Shown here one piece after another: positions 47,845 through 58,757 of a DNA stretch of 64,000 nucleotides (within the stretch, counting starts at the first letter, position 1; every line of letters starts with the position of its first letter). The notes under the pieces were generated by a model. It worked only from the letters and a program-made list of their open reading frames with translations, made no database searches and was not told where the DNA came from. The DNA lies in the IMG/VR virus record IMGVR_UViG_3300023049_000005, positions 186,001 to 250,000 of that record; one strand, given 5' to 3'. A program made the position numbers and the translations under genes.

Positions 47845-50800
47845 ATGAGTAACAGTATTCAAGAAACATATAGTTCAGCACTAGTAAACTATTCAGAGCC
47901 TAGAACAATTAACGGTGTACATTACACGAGGTTTTACACAGAATTCAACACTGAATTGTCTGTAGGTGATTTCGTGTATATCTTAAATGGTAATTATGAT
48001 AATACTGATTTACTTAACATCAACGAATATCAACAAGGAACAACGGGCTATGAAGTATTAGAGATCGATAGAAATTCGATAACTTTAGATATCTTATATA
48101 GAGATGAAGATCCGTGGAACGAAGACCCATTCGCTGATTATACTAAAGTATATTTAGTTGATAATATCCAAAAATTTAATTATGAAAATATAGATAACTC
48201 GTTTGGTTTCGAAGGTCAAAGTGGGGATAAATACAGTATATTTAATAACAATGTTTTCTTATCTCAAATAGAGGATATGGAATATACCCAAGAAACAGGA
48301 ACTAACCAAAGATTTTTTAAGTCTTTCTTTGATCCCGAACGTACTTTAGGTATGGTCGATATGAGAGGACAATTATTTAATGATTCCACGGAATTAAAAT
48401 TCGATCTAGAAGAACTAACCGAATATAGTTTAGTTGAGCCTAACGGGGCATCAGGTAGTACATATGCTAGGTTTTCTAGTGGGCAGAATAATATAAGAGA
48501 TTTTGATATAGTAACACAAGTTGATTATAGTACAGATGAAATAATAGAGAGATTAATATCACTTAACTCATCTAATTCAGCTACTAATACAGTCAATTTA
48601 TGGACACTTAATAAAAACACATTAGATGGTATAGGTGATGTTACACTAAGAAATAGTTTAAATACAGAAGATGTGAGTGCTAATATAGTATCCCCTTTTA
48701 TTAAAAAAGACGGATTGGGGGCATTTTCGGGTAGTCTTATTGATATTAGATTACCGAAATATTCAGGTAGTACATATAATTATATAAGTTCTCAATCAGG
48801 GGGTGCTATATTAGGTAATACTTCAAGAACTTATACACTTAGAGATATAAATCAAACAGTAATAGTGGGATATGATGATCCTACTTTTGAAAACAATTAT
48901 AGAGCATTTGGTTTTTATAATTCTTCGGATCTATTGTCTGATAAATTTATATCACCTGATTCACAGGATGATAGTTGGACAATTGCTAACGGTCAGGGAT
49001 ATATAGACGGTAATACACAGTCTACTCCATATTTTGCTTTGTCGTCAGGTTTAACAGGGTCTTATAATTATACAGGCGACTTTGTTTTCCCACAACGACA
49101 AATTGGAGGATTTAGGGTATATGGAAATATAGTACCACCATACGCAGAATATAGTGGTATAGGTAGAGCAGTTCAAATAGAAACAAATACGTGGAATAAT
49201 TCAGTAGAGGATTCTACACACCATGAGTTAGTTTTTGCGGGAACAGGACTTACATCATCAGTCGATCCATTACAAGGAGGTGCTTATTTTTATTCATATG
49301 GAGGCGTTTGGCGTGATTATGATAGTATCTATAATGGTAATAAAATGTTAGGTAATGCGTTTGAGCTTTCTAAAACAACTTTTGATGAATATAAAACAGG
49401 GAGTTGGTCACAGTCTAGTTTTAACCCATTTGGTGATTTTGATGATTACCCGTTCGCAGATTTAAAAGATATTAAATTCTTAGGATACGAGAAGAAAGAT
49501 TTTGGATTAAATATCTATTATGATAGTGCAGGTACACCTGTTAATACGTTTTCGGCTCTTACTTTTGCTTTACCTACTTTCGGTGGTATTGGTGGTGGTG
49601 AAACTTTTGCTTTACCATCGGAATTCGAATCTAATGGAGTATATTATTCTAGGTACTTAGTAATTACTGAAAGTGGTACTTCTTATATAATAAATTTATT
49701 ATTTAACAGTGTTCTTTTAGCGGTAAATACTGATTTCTTAACTGATATGCAGAATGGATTACCACAAGTACATGTAGTAATACAAGAAATAGACACTGAT
49801 CTTAGCCAACCAACAGAAATCGGAGTGCAAAGGAATTTAAACGTTTTTGATTTCCCTGAATTAATAGGGGGGGATTATCCAATTGTGTCTATATACGGAA
49901 CACATTCTTATTATGATCCTATAAGCGGAACATTTTCGGGGTTTGACTTTAGTGATATTAATATAAGTACTATTGATTTTAGTGACCAAAGATGGCTAAT
50001 AGGTAGCTCTGAACTAAGCCCAAGGTTAAGTAATTCTTCTCTTTTATCAACAGATGCAAACCAAGGTGTTTATGTTTTTGATAGATCAATAAATGATACT
50101 ACTTATGAGTTTAGTATAACAACAACTACTGAATTTGATACAGGTGATACTTTACCTTCAAACAAAATATATAAAATATTAGGAGAGGTTATAAATAATA
50201 AGAGAAGAGTTTGGGTAGCTACGAACACAGGTCTATTTATGTTTGATTATGATCTAGCATATACTTTTGATTATTATTTTAGAGTAAATTTTGATGATAA
50301 TGAAATAGAACTAGATGAATCATTATATAAGAATGACAGACTTTATGTGATGGAAGAATTCACGTATGATGGAAGATTATTCGAAAAAGATAAAATATAT
50401 CGTCATTTAAAAGACGAAAAAAGATGGGTAAGGGATACTACATACGAAAGATCGTATTTAACTAAAGCTCACATGAAAGATGGTACTATATTAGAAGGTG
50501 TCTTCAATGATGGTATCTTCGGTAATAAAAACACTGTTGCAAATTGGGAAGGGGCTACTTGGAGAAATGGGATAGTTTATAATGTGGATTGGGATAGTGG
50601 TACAATGAGTTCTAAATCTGATATTATATTAAGACAAAATTATTATGCTACGTTAGATAATAGCAAAGTTAAGATAAGTACTGATTTTACTAACAATGAA
50701 GGATATGGTTATAATTTAGTTAATTTCTCTACACTTAAAACGGGTGATGTCTTAAATGGAACAATATTAAATACAACAATTGGGTTAACTGTAAGTAGTA

Positions 50801-53800
50801 GATTATTGGATGATACGTATAATGGATTATCGTTTAGTTATAACGATTTAGAAATTGTTAGATCTAAGATAGAAAATTCTACTACGAATGCGATACAACT
50901 TGGTAATTCTATGGTTAGTAGATCAGATCTAAATTCTACTTTTGTTAATGATGCTCAATTGATTAATAATAATGTATATGATAGTATAATAAATGATGCA
51001 ACAATAGAAAACCAAGGTAATATTAAGATATTAGGATACGAAAAATGGTTTAATATCAGAACTAAAACGGAACAACAGGATATATTACAAATTCATAAAT
51101 TCTTTATTAACGAAAAGGATTTTAGTAAGTTATCATATGAAGATTGGGTAGTTTTCAATAACGTGCAGTTAAGTAATAATAACCCGTCTAACATACTCGA
51201 TAGACTGTTCTATGTCTTAGGTGGAGCTGATGGATATTACCAAGATGTATATGAAGATTTAAATAGAATATTTAATAATAAGTATAGAGAGAATAATTTT
51301 AAGATATTTATTTCTAAACGATTAGAAACACAGAATAGACAAAGAACTAATATTAGATATAATGGTGTTCAGTTAGTTGTAGATACTGCAGAGAACGAAA
51401 GTCCTATGTATTCTATTGATTTAAATATAGTAACTAATGAAATACCATATAATTCTGATTCGAGTATTTATTTAAATGCTTTAGAAAATGATGGTATACT
51501 TAAAGTAAATGCTACTAATATAAGTAAAGCGGTTTTACAGAATTACCATTTTAAAAATAGTTGGATTAATGGTGGTACTTGGTTAAATGGTTCTATGATA
51601 CAACCTGATCAGTTAAATAGTTTATATAATTATGGGTCAGTTTCTTCTACCACTAATAGTGTTACAGTTGATTTATATGATAATAATTATGAGATAAAGT
51701 CTTCTGATATACTTGATAATGAAGTTGTACATATAAATAACATATGGGATAGTAATTTCTTAACGTATAGTGGTGGTGATTTTATGATCGTATCAGGAAC
51801 AACATCAAGAGTTTTAGAACCGTATGGTGATTTCGCAACAAACGCAACACTATCTGTTCCTATGAGTCAATATACTACACTTAATTTAAATAGAATTGAC
51901 GGAGTAAATAATAATTTATCAATTGTAAGTGGTGTATTTAAGAACCAAAGTTTTTCTAATTTAAGTATACAAAACGAAGAATTAGATGTAAGAAATTTAA
52001 ATTATCAGAATATTAGAAACTTAATGGTTATAAATTCTGAAATCACAAAGAGAGATAATTTAGAGATACAAGATATATTCTTAGGATATGGACATGTCTC
52101 AAATGACTTTACTAGCAAAGAAGAATTTGGTTTAGATCTTATATCATATAAACAAACATTAACAAACGTAAATGTTTTTGATGGTATAGTTACTAAGTCT
52201 GCTTTCATATCAGGTACATTCTCTGATGGTATATTTACTAATAATCGTTACAGAGATATCAATGATTTGATTCCTATTAACAATAGAACCTATGCACCAA
52301 CACAAAGTGCTGTGATATCTTCATGGCATTTCGGTAATTTCCTAAACGGGGAAGTTTCTGATTCAACTTGGTTGAATGGTACATTCTCTAATGGAATATT
52401 CTTAAATAGTGAATTCTTAGGTGGTATTTGGTCAAATGGTGAGTTTGGTGATATATCAGGTAGACCAACTCTTAACTTATTTAGAAAGGGGTTGTGGTTA
52501 AATGGTGCTTTTAATAATGGAATATTTGGCGATGATGATAAAGAAGTTGGTACGATAAATAGTATTTATACTAATAATAAGTATATTTTAGAAAGTAATA
52601 TTTATACTAAAGAAGGAACAAATATATGGGAGAAAGGTAATTTCAACAATGGTGTTTTAACTTCTATTAATAATAATGTAACAATATGGAGAGACGGTAA
52701 ATTTAACAATGGTAAAGTAAGTGGGTCTGTTATTTGGTATGATGGTATATTTAATAACGGTAAATATAGTTCTAGATACGGTAGACAAGTAGCTAACGTA
52801 GCAGGTGAAGTGGATTTATTAAGTCTTGCGGATAGTTCATTAGCAGACGGATCGAGAACATTAAACTTAAATGGTATAACAGCTTCTTTCCCCTTCTTAG
52901 ATCAATATAGTATTGCTTCTATTAGAGATATCAATGCTAATAATCCAAACCTATTTGATAACGCAGGAACGATTGTTCTTGATACTAGTGATAATCAATT
53001 AAAGTTCGGTTATGTTTCTTCTACTACAAGTAATACAGTGCTTGATCCATTTGATACTAACTTATCTTCACATGGTTTCACTGAAAAGGCTGCTGATGAT
53101 TTCTTTACGGGTACTATATCAAATTTATATATGCAGTTCAAACCATTAGATTACGAAGCAATTGGGACAAGTGTACACCCACTTAAAAATGCTAACATAT
53201 TAGGTGCTAAGATATTCGTTCAAGATACTTCAAATGAATATATTTATGATGGATCAAGTTATGTTACTCAATCTAATTTCTTATCTGCTACAATAAGTGG
53301 CACATCGTTAACATTCAGTAGTTATTATTCTTGGAGAAATGGTGTATTCAATAACGGTGAATTTGGATTAGCGGATAATCCAAATAATATAAACCCATCA
53401 TGGGAAAACGGTACTTTCAACGGTGGTGTTTTTAATGGTAAAGTTTGGAAAAATGGAACATTCGTAAAGGGTAAATTTAATGGTTCGGGTACAAATCAGT
53501 TACAAACTAGTAGTACAAATATATTTAAGGGTTATGACCCACAAGCAAGTATAGAAGAATATATCGATGATTATAGTCTATCTTTTATAGCAGCACAAAA
53601 CCAAGGACAAGGATCATATAAAGTTATTTTAGATAAATATGATTGGTATGGTGTGTGGTTAAATGGTGAGGTTTCACCAAATATTAGTGGACTTAGTGTT
53701 GTTTTATCTAATTTAGAAAGCGCAGTATCTAACGTAACACCCAATTTAAGTTTTGGGTTAGAATCCGCATTTGCTCCTTCTGCTACTAACACATCTGTTT

Positions 53801-56800
53801 CCAATGCTCTTTCTAATAATTCAGGTTTATTGACAAACACATCAGTTCTTTCTAGTCCTGTTAGAGAAAATATACTTGTTGAATATTTCAACGAAGATAA
53901 ATATAATAGAAGAATTAATAAAAGACCCATATTCGATAAAATGATATGGGTAAACGGTATATTTAATAACGCAGACGGAGAATTTAATGAAAGTGTTTGG
54001 CTTAGTGGTACTATGAAAAACGGTACATTTAGAAATTCTATGTTCAACCCATATGTACAAAGATGGGATTTCGAAACAGGTGATTTAAATAATATAGAAT
54101 TTAAATTTGACTTAGATACTGAGAACACTATATGGGAGAACGGAACATTTGATAGTGGTATATTCTTTTTCTCTGATTGGGAGAACGGAACATTCGAAAA
54201 TGGTGTAATGATGGGTGGTAACTTTAAGGCAGGTAGAGCTAATTATATGTCTGCATATTCTTCTATTTGGGAAGGTGGTAGATTTAGAAATGGTAATTGG
54301 TTCGGGTCTAACTTTACGTTTGATAATATTTACAACGATCCATCTATACCCAATCCTTTTGAGTACTTACGTAATTATTTTGCTAATGTTCAATTTGCTC
54401 CTTTCGTAACAGATATTTTAGGTAATAATAGTAAGAGATTACAGGATGATAGATTACATATATGGAATATAATAGAAGGTGATATTACTAATAGTGTTTA
54501 TAATATAACAGGTCATAGTTTTGGTACTGATAGTGGATCACAAATAATCAATAACGGAACAGTAGATGTGAATAACACATACAGCTTTACTGATATATCA
54601 ACTAGCCCCGCATCGGGTATATATAGATTGGAATTAAGTATATCACAAACACCAATTGTTTTCTCTACATATGACTATATTGTGAATTTCACATTAGTTG
54701 ACCAAAAGAGATATGATGAAGGGGTGTACGAAATTACTTTTTATACCGATGGTAATATTTGGAGTCCTATTCCAATAGTAAACAGCACGGTGTTTGAATT
54801 ATATGCTGATATATACGAAAACGGTATATTAATCGAACCTGATGTATTACTAAAACAAATCCCAATAGGTAGTTATAAGAATGTTAGGAAAACCTTTGAG
54901 GTATTAGAAAATCAAGAATATGTACTTAAAATAGAAGCCCGAATGAGTGTAGATAATGGTACTTACACGGAGAGTTATTACTTAGCAATAGAAGAAGTAG
55001 TGGCTGAGGTTGTTTACTCAAATAAAAATAATGATCTAGAAGGGTCAATAGAATTAAATTGGGAAGGTTCATACTTAAATTCTACTGCTTCGACTGCTAG
55101 TGCTTCATTAACTTATACAAATACATTAAGTTTAGAAGATACTATTCGTTATACAGGTTTAGATGTATCTACTATAAGTATACCTACTGTATATAAAGAT
55201 TATTCAAGTGCGTATTCTCAATTTGGAAACGGTACTTTCCAATCAGGTATATTTGAAAACGGAATATGGAACAACGGATATAGGGGAACAGAATACGGTC
55301 TTTATATAATAGAAGACGGTGATGTTTATCCTGGGGCGACATTAAGTTATGTTCATTTGGGTGGTTCTTCGTCTATAGTAGAAACTAATCCATTATATAG
55401 CGATGTCCCTCAAGTTAAATATAGAACAGAACCAATTGTGTATTTTAACAGAGTACAAAGAAGCTTTAAAGTAGGAAGAAGAAGATGGAGATTCGTTTTA
55501 GAAAGTGCTTTTGATATTGATGCTGCTAATAATACAGAAGAATATAATAGATTAAGAGTAAGTGATCAAGTGTCTATTTCTAATATAATAGCAATAGATA
55601 TTAATGGTAATAGAAAATTAATTAAAGATGTATTTAGAATAATTAGAATACCAAGTAGAACTAGAATAGTAGTAGAGTATCAAGAAACTTTCCCTATCGA
55701 TAGTATCCAAATAGATAGCGATAGACACTTAATTGCGGTTAGTAAAAACGTATGGTTTAATGGTGCTTTCTTAAATGGGTATTTTAAAGGTAATATGATA
55801 AACGGATTTGTTAGAGGAAATAGAAATATCACCAAGATAGAAGACTCTCAATTAATAGACGTTGACTTCCAAGGTGGGCATTTTGTGAGTAAGAAATACA
55901 CACTTAGTAGTATATTCGATACAAGAACATCCAATTCGTTAAGTTTATCTCCACAATTCACAGAGAAATATAATAGCTTATATCATAGTGGATTAATACA
56001 AAATATGACATTCGATGATGATGTTACTTTAACCAATTATGGGTTATATTCCACAGAAGGAGTAAAAATAAACGGAAATGGGATTGGTGATCCTAAGAAT
56101 GTAACTTTTGGTGCTACGGCAGTTTCGGAAGCACTTCAATATATCTATAATAGTGACATGGATCTAGTGTATGAACCTGAATATTATAGTAGTGTATTTA
56201 ACCAAAATATTATCAATACACATGCTATAAACGAATTGGAAATTGGTGAGTTCATCCCCACTAAACTATATAACATACCTGCGGGTTATATTACTTATGA
56301 TGTATTAAATAGTGTATCTAATTTTAAATATTCGACTGAGCCAAATAACATTGAGGGGGTAATAGAATATAAATTAAGTTTAGGATCTAAATATAAAATA
56401 TTTAATGATTTATTTAATGTTGATTTTTCACAAAGTCCAAATAATGATCCTGATATAGATGCACCATCTACTTTTAATATAGTGGAATCAGCAACATATG
56501 GTATATTCAGACAAGGATCTATATCTAATGGTATCAATTTTAACCAACTAGAATCACAATTTATACACGAAGACTTTATGTATATATTTGATACTAGTAG
56601 TAATGTTACAGAAAAAATAACAGGGAACAATACGTTTAAACTTAGAAATAGATATCACTTAGTAGAAGTAGATGTAGAATTTACTAATAAAACAGTACCC
56701 AATCCTTATGTTATAACTAATACCGTTACTATAGGCACTACATATAGTTATGGTACATTCTCACTACCTAAATTAAGTATAGGGCAAGCCTATAACGAAT

Positions 56801-57417
56801 ATTTTGAAAATATTAATTTAGGTGGAACAAGTGGTTATATATCATCTTATGATAATGATATGGTCGGATTTATTGATGGGACAAAATTAAGTGAGATAAA
56901 TAATTTTGGAAATATTGGTGATACTAAACGATTAACCATGAAGTCATTTATGTATAATAACTTTGGTGGGTATAGAGATTCAGTGAGAGTTATAGAAAAG
57001 GGCTTTAATGTTGATATAGGTTCAACCAGTAGCGAATATACAGTTAATTCTCCAATTTATTATAAATTTAATCATTATGAGATAGATAAAATTCCTTTTT
57101 ATGATTATAGAAGTTATATTGATCCATTAAGTGGTGAGGTAACAGATTGGAATATGTTAGCAAACCAAGATCAAACTAGAAAAATAGATGATAGGATTAA
57201 AACACCTTTCTATGCTTCTTCTGTTCCTATTAATTATCAAGACTCTAATTTTGTATTAACTGATAATATAAATTTCTTAGGTGGTTCTAATATAACAGGT
57301 AATGTGATTATTGAAGAAGTAGATACATTATCAACAGCTACTATACAAGAATTATTAGATTTACTTGCTGCTAATAAACAATTTAATTTTGGTGGTGGTG
57401 GTCCTCAATCATTATAA
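47845..57417 (+). CDS. Giant 3190-aa structural protein with G-x-[FW]-x-[ND] pentapeptide beta-helix repeats
   Basis: Blocks of W.NG.F.NG.F repeats; N/S/T/G-rich; TAATATATA at 47818-47826. Confidence 0.75.
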   Translation: MSNSIQETYSSALVNYSEPRTINGVHYTRFYTEFNTELSVGDFVYILNGNYDNTDLLNINEYQQGTTGYEVLEIDRNSITLDILYRDEDPWNEDPFADYTKVYLVDNIQKFNYENIDNSFGFEGQSGDKYSIFNNNVFLSQIEDMEYTQETGTNQRFFKSFFDPERTLGMVDMRGQLFNDSTELKFDLEELTEYSLVEPNGASGSTYARFSSGQNNIRDFDIVTQVDYSTDEIIERLISLNSSNSATNTVNLWTLNKNTLDGIGDVTLRNSLNTEDVSANIVSPFIKKDGLGAFSGSLIDIRLPKYSGSTYNYISSQSGGAILGNTSRTYTLRDINQTVIVGYDDPTFENNYRAFGFYNSSDLLSDKFISPDSQDDSWTIANGQGYIDGNTQSTPYFALSSGLTGSYNYTGDFVFPQRQIGGFRVYGNIVPPYAEYSGIGRAVQIETNTWNNSVEDSTHHELVFAGTGLTSSVDPLQGGAYFYSYGGVWRDYDSIYNGNKMLGNAFELSKTTFDEYKTGSWSQSSFNPFGDFDDYPFADLKDIKFLGYEKKDFGLNIYYDSAGTPVNTFSALTFALPTFGGIGGGETFALPSEFESNGVYYSRYLVITESGTSYIINLLFNSVLLAVNTDFLTDMQNGLPQVHVVIQEIDTDLSQPTEIGVQRNLNVFDFPELIGGDYPIVSIYGTHSYYDPISGTFSGFDFSDINISTIDFSDQRWLIGSSELSPRLSNSSLLSTDANQGVYVFDRSINDTTYEFSITTTTEFDTGDTLPSNKIYKILGEVINNKRRVWVATNTGLFMFDYDLAYTFDYYFRVNFDDNEIELDESLYKNDRLYVMEEFTYDGRLFEKDKIYRHLKDEKRWVRDTTYERSYLTKAHMKDGTILEGVFNDGIFGNKNTVANWEGATWRNGIVYNVDWDSGTMSSKSDIILRQNYYATLDNSKVKISTDFTNNEGYGYNLVNFSTLKTGDVLNGTILNTTIGLTVSSRLLDDTYNGLSFSYNDLEIVRSKIENSTTNAIQLGNSMVSRSDLNSTFVNDAQLINNNVYDSIINDATIENQGNIKILGYEKWFNIRTKTEQQDILQIHKFFINEKDFSKLSYEDWVVFNNVQLSNNNPSNILDRLFYVLGGADGYYQDVYEDLNRIFNNKYRENNFKIFISKRLETQNRQRTNIRYNGVQLVVDTAENESPMYSIDLNIVTNEIPYNSDSSIYLNALENDGILKVNATNISKAVLQNYHFKNSWINGGTWLNGSMIQPDQLNSLYNYGSVSSTTNSVTVDLYDNNYEIKSSDILDNEVVHINNIWDSNFLTYSGGDFMIVSGTTSRVLEPYGDFATNATLSVPMSQYTTLNLNRIDGVNNNLSIVSGVFKNQSFSNLSIQNEELDVRNLNYQNIRNLMVINSEITKRDNLEIQDIFLGYGHVSNDFTSKEEFGLDLISYKQTLTNVNVFDGIVTKSAFISGTFSDGIFTNNRYRDINDLIPINNRTYAPTQSAVISSWHFGNFLNGEVSDSTWLNGTFSNGIFLNSEFLGGIWSNGEFGDISGRPTLNLFRKGLWLNGAFNNGIFGDDDKEVGTINSIYTNNKYILESNIYTKEGTNIWEKGNFNNGVLTSINNNVTIWRDGKFNNGKVSGSVIWYDGIFNNGKYSSRYGRQVANVAGEVDLLSLADSSLADGSRTLNLNGITASFPFLDQYSIASIRDINANNPNLFDNAGTIVLDTSDNQLKFGYVSSTTSNTVLDPFDTNLSSHGFTEKAADDFFTGTISNLYMQFKPLDYEAIGTSVHPLKNANILGAKIFVQDTSNEYIYDGSSYVTQSNFLSATISGTSLTFSSYYSWRNGVFNNGEFGLADNPNNINPSWENGTFNGGVFNGKVWKNGTFVKGKFNGSGTNQLQTSSTNIFKGYDPQASIEEYIDDYSLSFIAAQNQGQGSYKVILDKYDWYGVWLNGEVSPNISGLSVVLSNLESAVSNVTPNLSFGLESAFAPSATNTSVSNALSNNSGLLTNTSVLSSPVRENILVEYFNEDKYNRRINKRPIFDKMIWVNGIFNNADGEFNESVWLSGTMKNGTFRNSMFNPYVQRWDFETGDLNNIEFKFDLDTENTIWENGTFDSGIFFFSDWENGTFENGVMMGGNFKAGRANYMSAYSSIWEGGRFRNGNWFGSNFTFDNIYNDPSIPNPFEYLRNYFANVQFAPFVTDILGNNSKRLQDDRLHIWNIIEGDITNSVYNITGHSFGTDSGSQIINNGTVDVNNTYSFTDISTSPASGIYRLELSISQTPIVFSTYDYIVNFTLVDQKRYDEGVYEITFYTDGNIWSPIPIVNSTVFELYADIYENGILIEPDVLLKQIPIGSYKNVRKTFEVLENQEYVLKIEARMSVDNGTYTESYYLAIEEVVAEVVYSNKNNDLEGSIELNWEGSYLNSTASTASASLTYTNTLSLEDTIRYTGLDVSTISIPTVYKDYSSAYSQFGNGTFQSGIFENGIWNNGYRGTEYGLYIIEDGDVYPGATLSYVHLGGSSSIVETNPLYSDVPQVKYRTEPIVYFNRVQRSFKVGRRRWRFVLESAFDIDAANNTEEYNRLRVSDQVSISNIIAIDINGNRKLIKDVFRIIRIPSRTRIVVEYQETFPIDSIQIDSDRHLIAVSKNVWFNGAFLNGYFKGNMINGFVRGNRNITKIEDSQLIDVDFQGGHFVSKKYTLSSIFDTRTSNSLSLSPQFTEKYNSLYHSGLIQNMTFDDDVTLTNYGLYSTEGVKINGNGIGDPKNVTFGATAVSEALQYIYNSDMDLVYEPEYYSSVFNQNIINTHAINELEIGEFIPTKLYNIPAGYITYDVLNSVSNFKYSTEPNNIEGVIEYKLSLGSKYKIFNDLFNVDFSQSPNNDPDIDAPSTFNIVESATYGIFRQGSISNGINFNQLESQFIHEDFMYIFDTSSNVTEKITGNNTFKLRNRYHLVEVDVEFTNKTVPNPYVITNTVTIGTTYSYGTFSLPKLSIGQAYNEYFENINLGGTSGYISSYDNDMVGFIDGTKLSEINNFGNIGDTKRLTMKSFMYNNFGGYRDSVRVIEKGFNVDIGSTSSEYTVNSPIYYKFNHYEIDKIPFYDYRSYIDPLSGEVTDWNMLANQDQTRKIDDRIKTPFYASSVPINYQDSNFVLTDNINFLGGSNITGNVIIEEVDTLSTATIQELLDLLAANKQFNFGGGGPQSL

Positions 57418-57455
57418 AAAAAAAGGGGGGATAGTTAAAAACATATCCCCCCTTT
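57418..57455. terminator. Bidirectional intrinsic terminator
   Basis: A run, GGGGGGATA-GTTAAAAACA-TATCCCCCC, TTT, between convergent genes. Confidence 0.8.
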
Positions 57456-57475
57456 CAGACAAACTAAAAACTAAT

Positions 57476-58210
57476 CTATTGTTTGATAAACTGTTTCGTC
57501 AATGTCTTTCCATCTTTGTTCAACATTAATATATAATTACCTCTAGTTAAAGAAGTAACATCGATTCTGTTGTTATTTAAATTACCTTGTTTAACCATAC
57601 TACCATTGATATTAAATACACTAAAGGTAGCGTTAGAAACATCATTACTAACATTCAAATAGTCAGTAGTTGGATTAGGATAAATTGTAAAAGAAAGTGA
57701 TTCTTTCTCAAAGCTATTATCATTAATACCTGTAGTAATACTACTTACAAAAATAGTATCTACTGTGTGTATAATATCAACATCAACTTGATATCTACCT
57801 GCAAAAACAGTATTACTAATATTAAAATCTAATACATCACCTGATTTTAATATTAAACTATCTTTAACTACATTAAATAGAGACATATTATTACCACTAG
57901 TGATGGTCGTAGAATTTGTATCAATAGTGAAATTATAACCGCCTCTTATATGGGTTAAGGAAAAACTCACTTTATATGAGTTATAAGTAGTAGGTATAGT
58001 TTCACTATACAGTGTAACTGCAGCCCTCATGTTCTGAACTCCACTATTATAAGCATATAGTGTATCAACTTTAGAGCTATCTTGTGTATAGTTATTGATG
58101 TTTGTATCATTAACTACCATTTGATTTGATACATCGAAAAACACAGTATCCTGAGCGTTCAATGTCGTTGCAAATAATGCAACTATTAAGATTGAGATTA
58201 ACTTTTTCAT
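57476..58210 (-). CDS. Secreted protein with T9SS type A C-terminal sorting domain
   Basis: Sec signal MKKLISILIVALFATTLNA/Q; C-terminal IYPNPTTDYLNV...FNINGSMVKQG...IDVTSL.RGNYIL......TKQFIKQ. Confidence 0.88.
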   Translation of the reverse strand: MKKLISILIVALFATTLNAQDTVFFDVSNQMVVNDTNINNYTQDSSKVDTLYAYNSGVQNMRAAVTLYSETIPTTYNSYKVSFSLTHIRGGYNFTIDTNSTTITSGNNMSLFNVVKDSLILKSGDVLDFNISNTVFAGRYQVDVDIIHTVDTIFVSSITTGINDNSFEKESLSFTIYPNPTTDYLNVSNDVSNATFSVFNINGSMVKQGNLNNNRIDVTSLTRGNYILMLNKDGKTLTKQFIKQ

Positions 58211-58245
58211 TGTTTTTAGTTTTAGTTATTATTGTTTTGTTGGTA

Positions 58246-58253
58246 CAAATATA
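58246..58253 (-). promoter_or_regulatory. Bacteroidota-type promoter TTG-N19-TATATTTG
   Basis: Upstream of T9SS cargo gene; second TATATTTG at 58329-58336(-). Confidence 0.6.
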
Positions 58254-58370
58254 CGAATACTTTTTAAATAAACAAGCTTTTCTGTAAAAAAAATTATTCT
58301 TATATTAAATCCTTGTTTTAGTTCAGCACAAATATAAGAAAACTTTTATATACAATCAACTATAATTAAT

Positions 58371-58757
58371 ATGATATTATTTAATGAAGAATACGACTTA
58401 GAAAAAAAGAAGTCATTAATAAAAGAACATAACCAAAGGTATTATAATGCAGTTTATATAGACATACCTGATTATGTTATAAGTAAAATATTCTTTTTAA
58501 CTAATACTATAAATATCAATAATAAGGGTGTAGATAACGTAACTATGTATTCTATATCAGAATTAACAGAGGAATTTTTAAAAGATAAGATCATTTTTTT
58601 CAATAAATTAACACTTGAGCCATTTAATTATCATATAAATAATGATCCTGTTGTATTACATGGTAATATTTATAATAGAAGTCAATATATGGATTTACCC
58701 ATTTATCAAAAATATTTAGTAGAGAAGAGAGAACTTTATATTAAAGATTGTCTTTAA
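58371..58757 (+). CDS. Hypothetical protein with C-terminal tag variant
   Basis: Ends KRELYIKDCL; AAAC-N17-TATAAT at 58340-58366. Confidence 0.65.
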   Translation: MILFNEEYDLEKKKSLIKEHNQRYYNAVYIDIPDYVISKIFFLTNTININNKGVDNVTMYSISELTEEFLKDKIIFFNKLTLEPFNYHINNDPVVLHGNIYNRSQYMDLPIYQKYLVEKRELYIKDCL

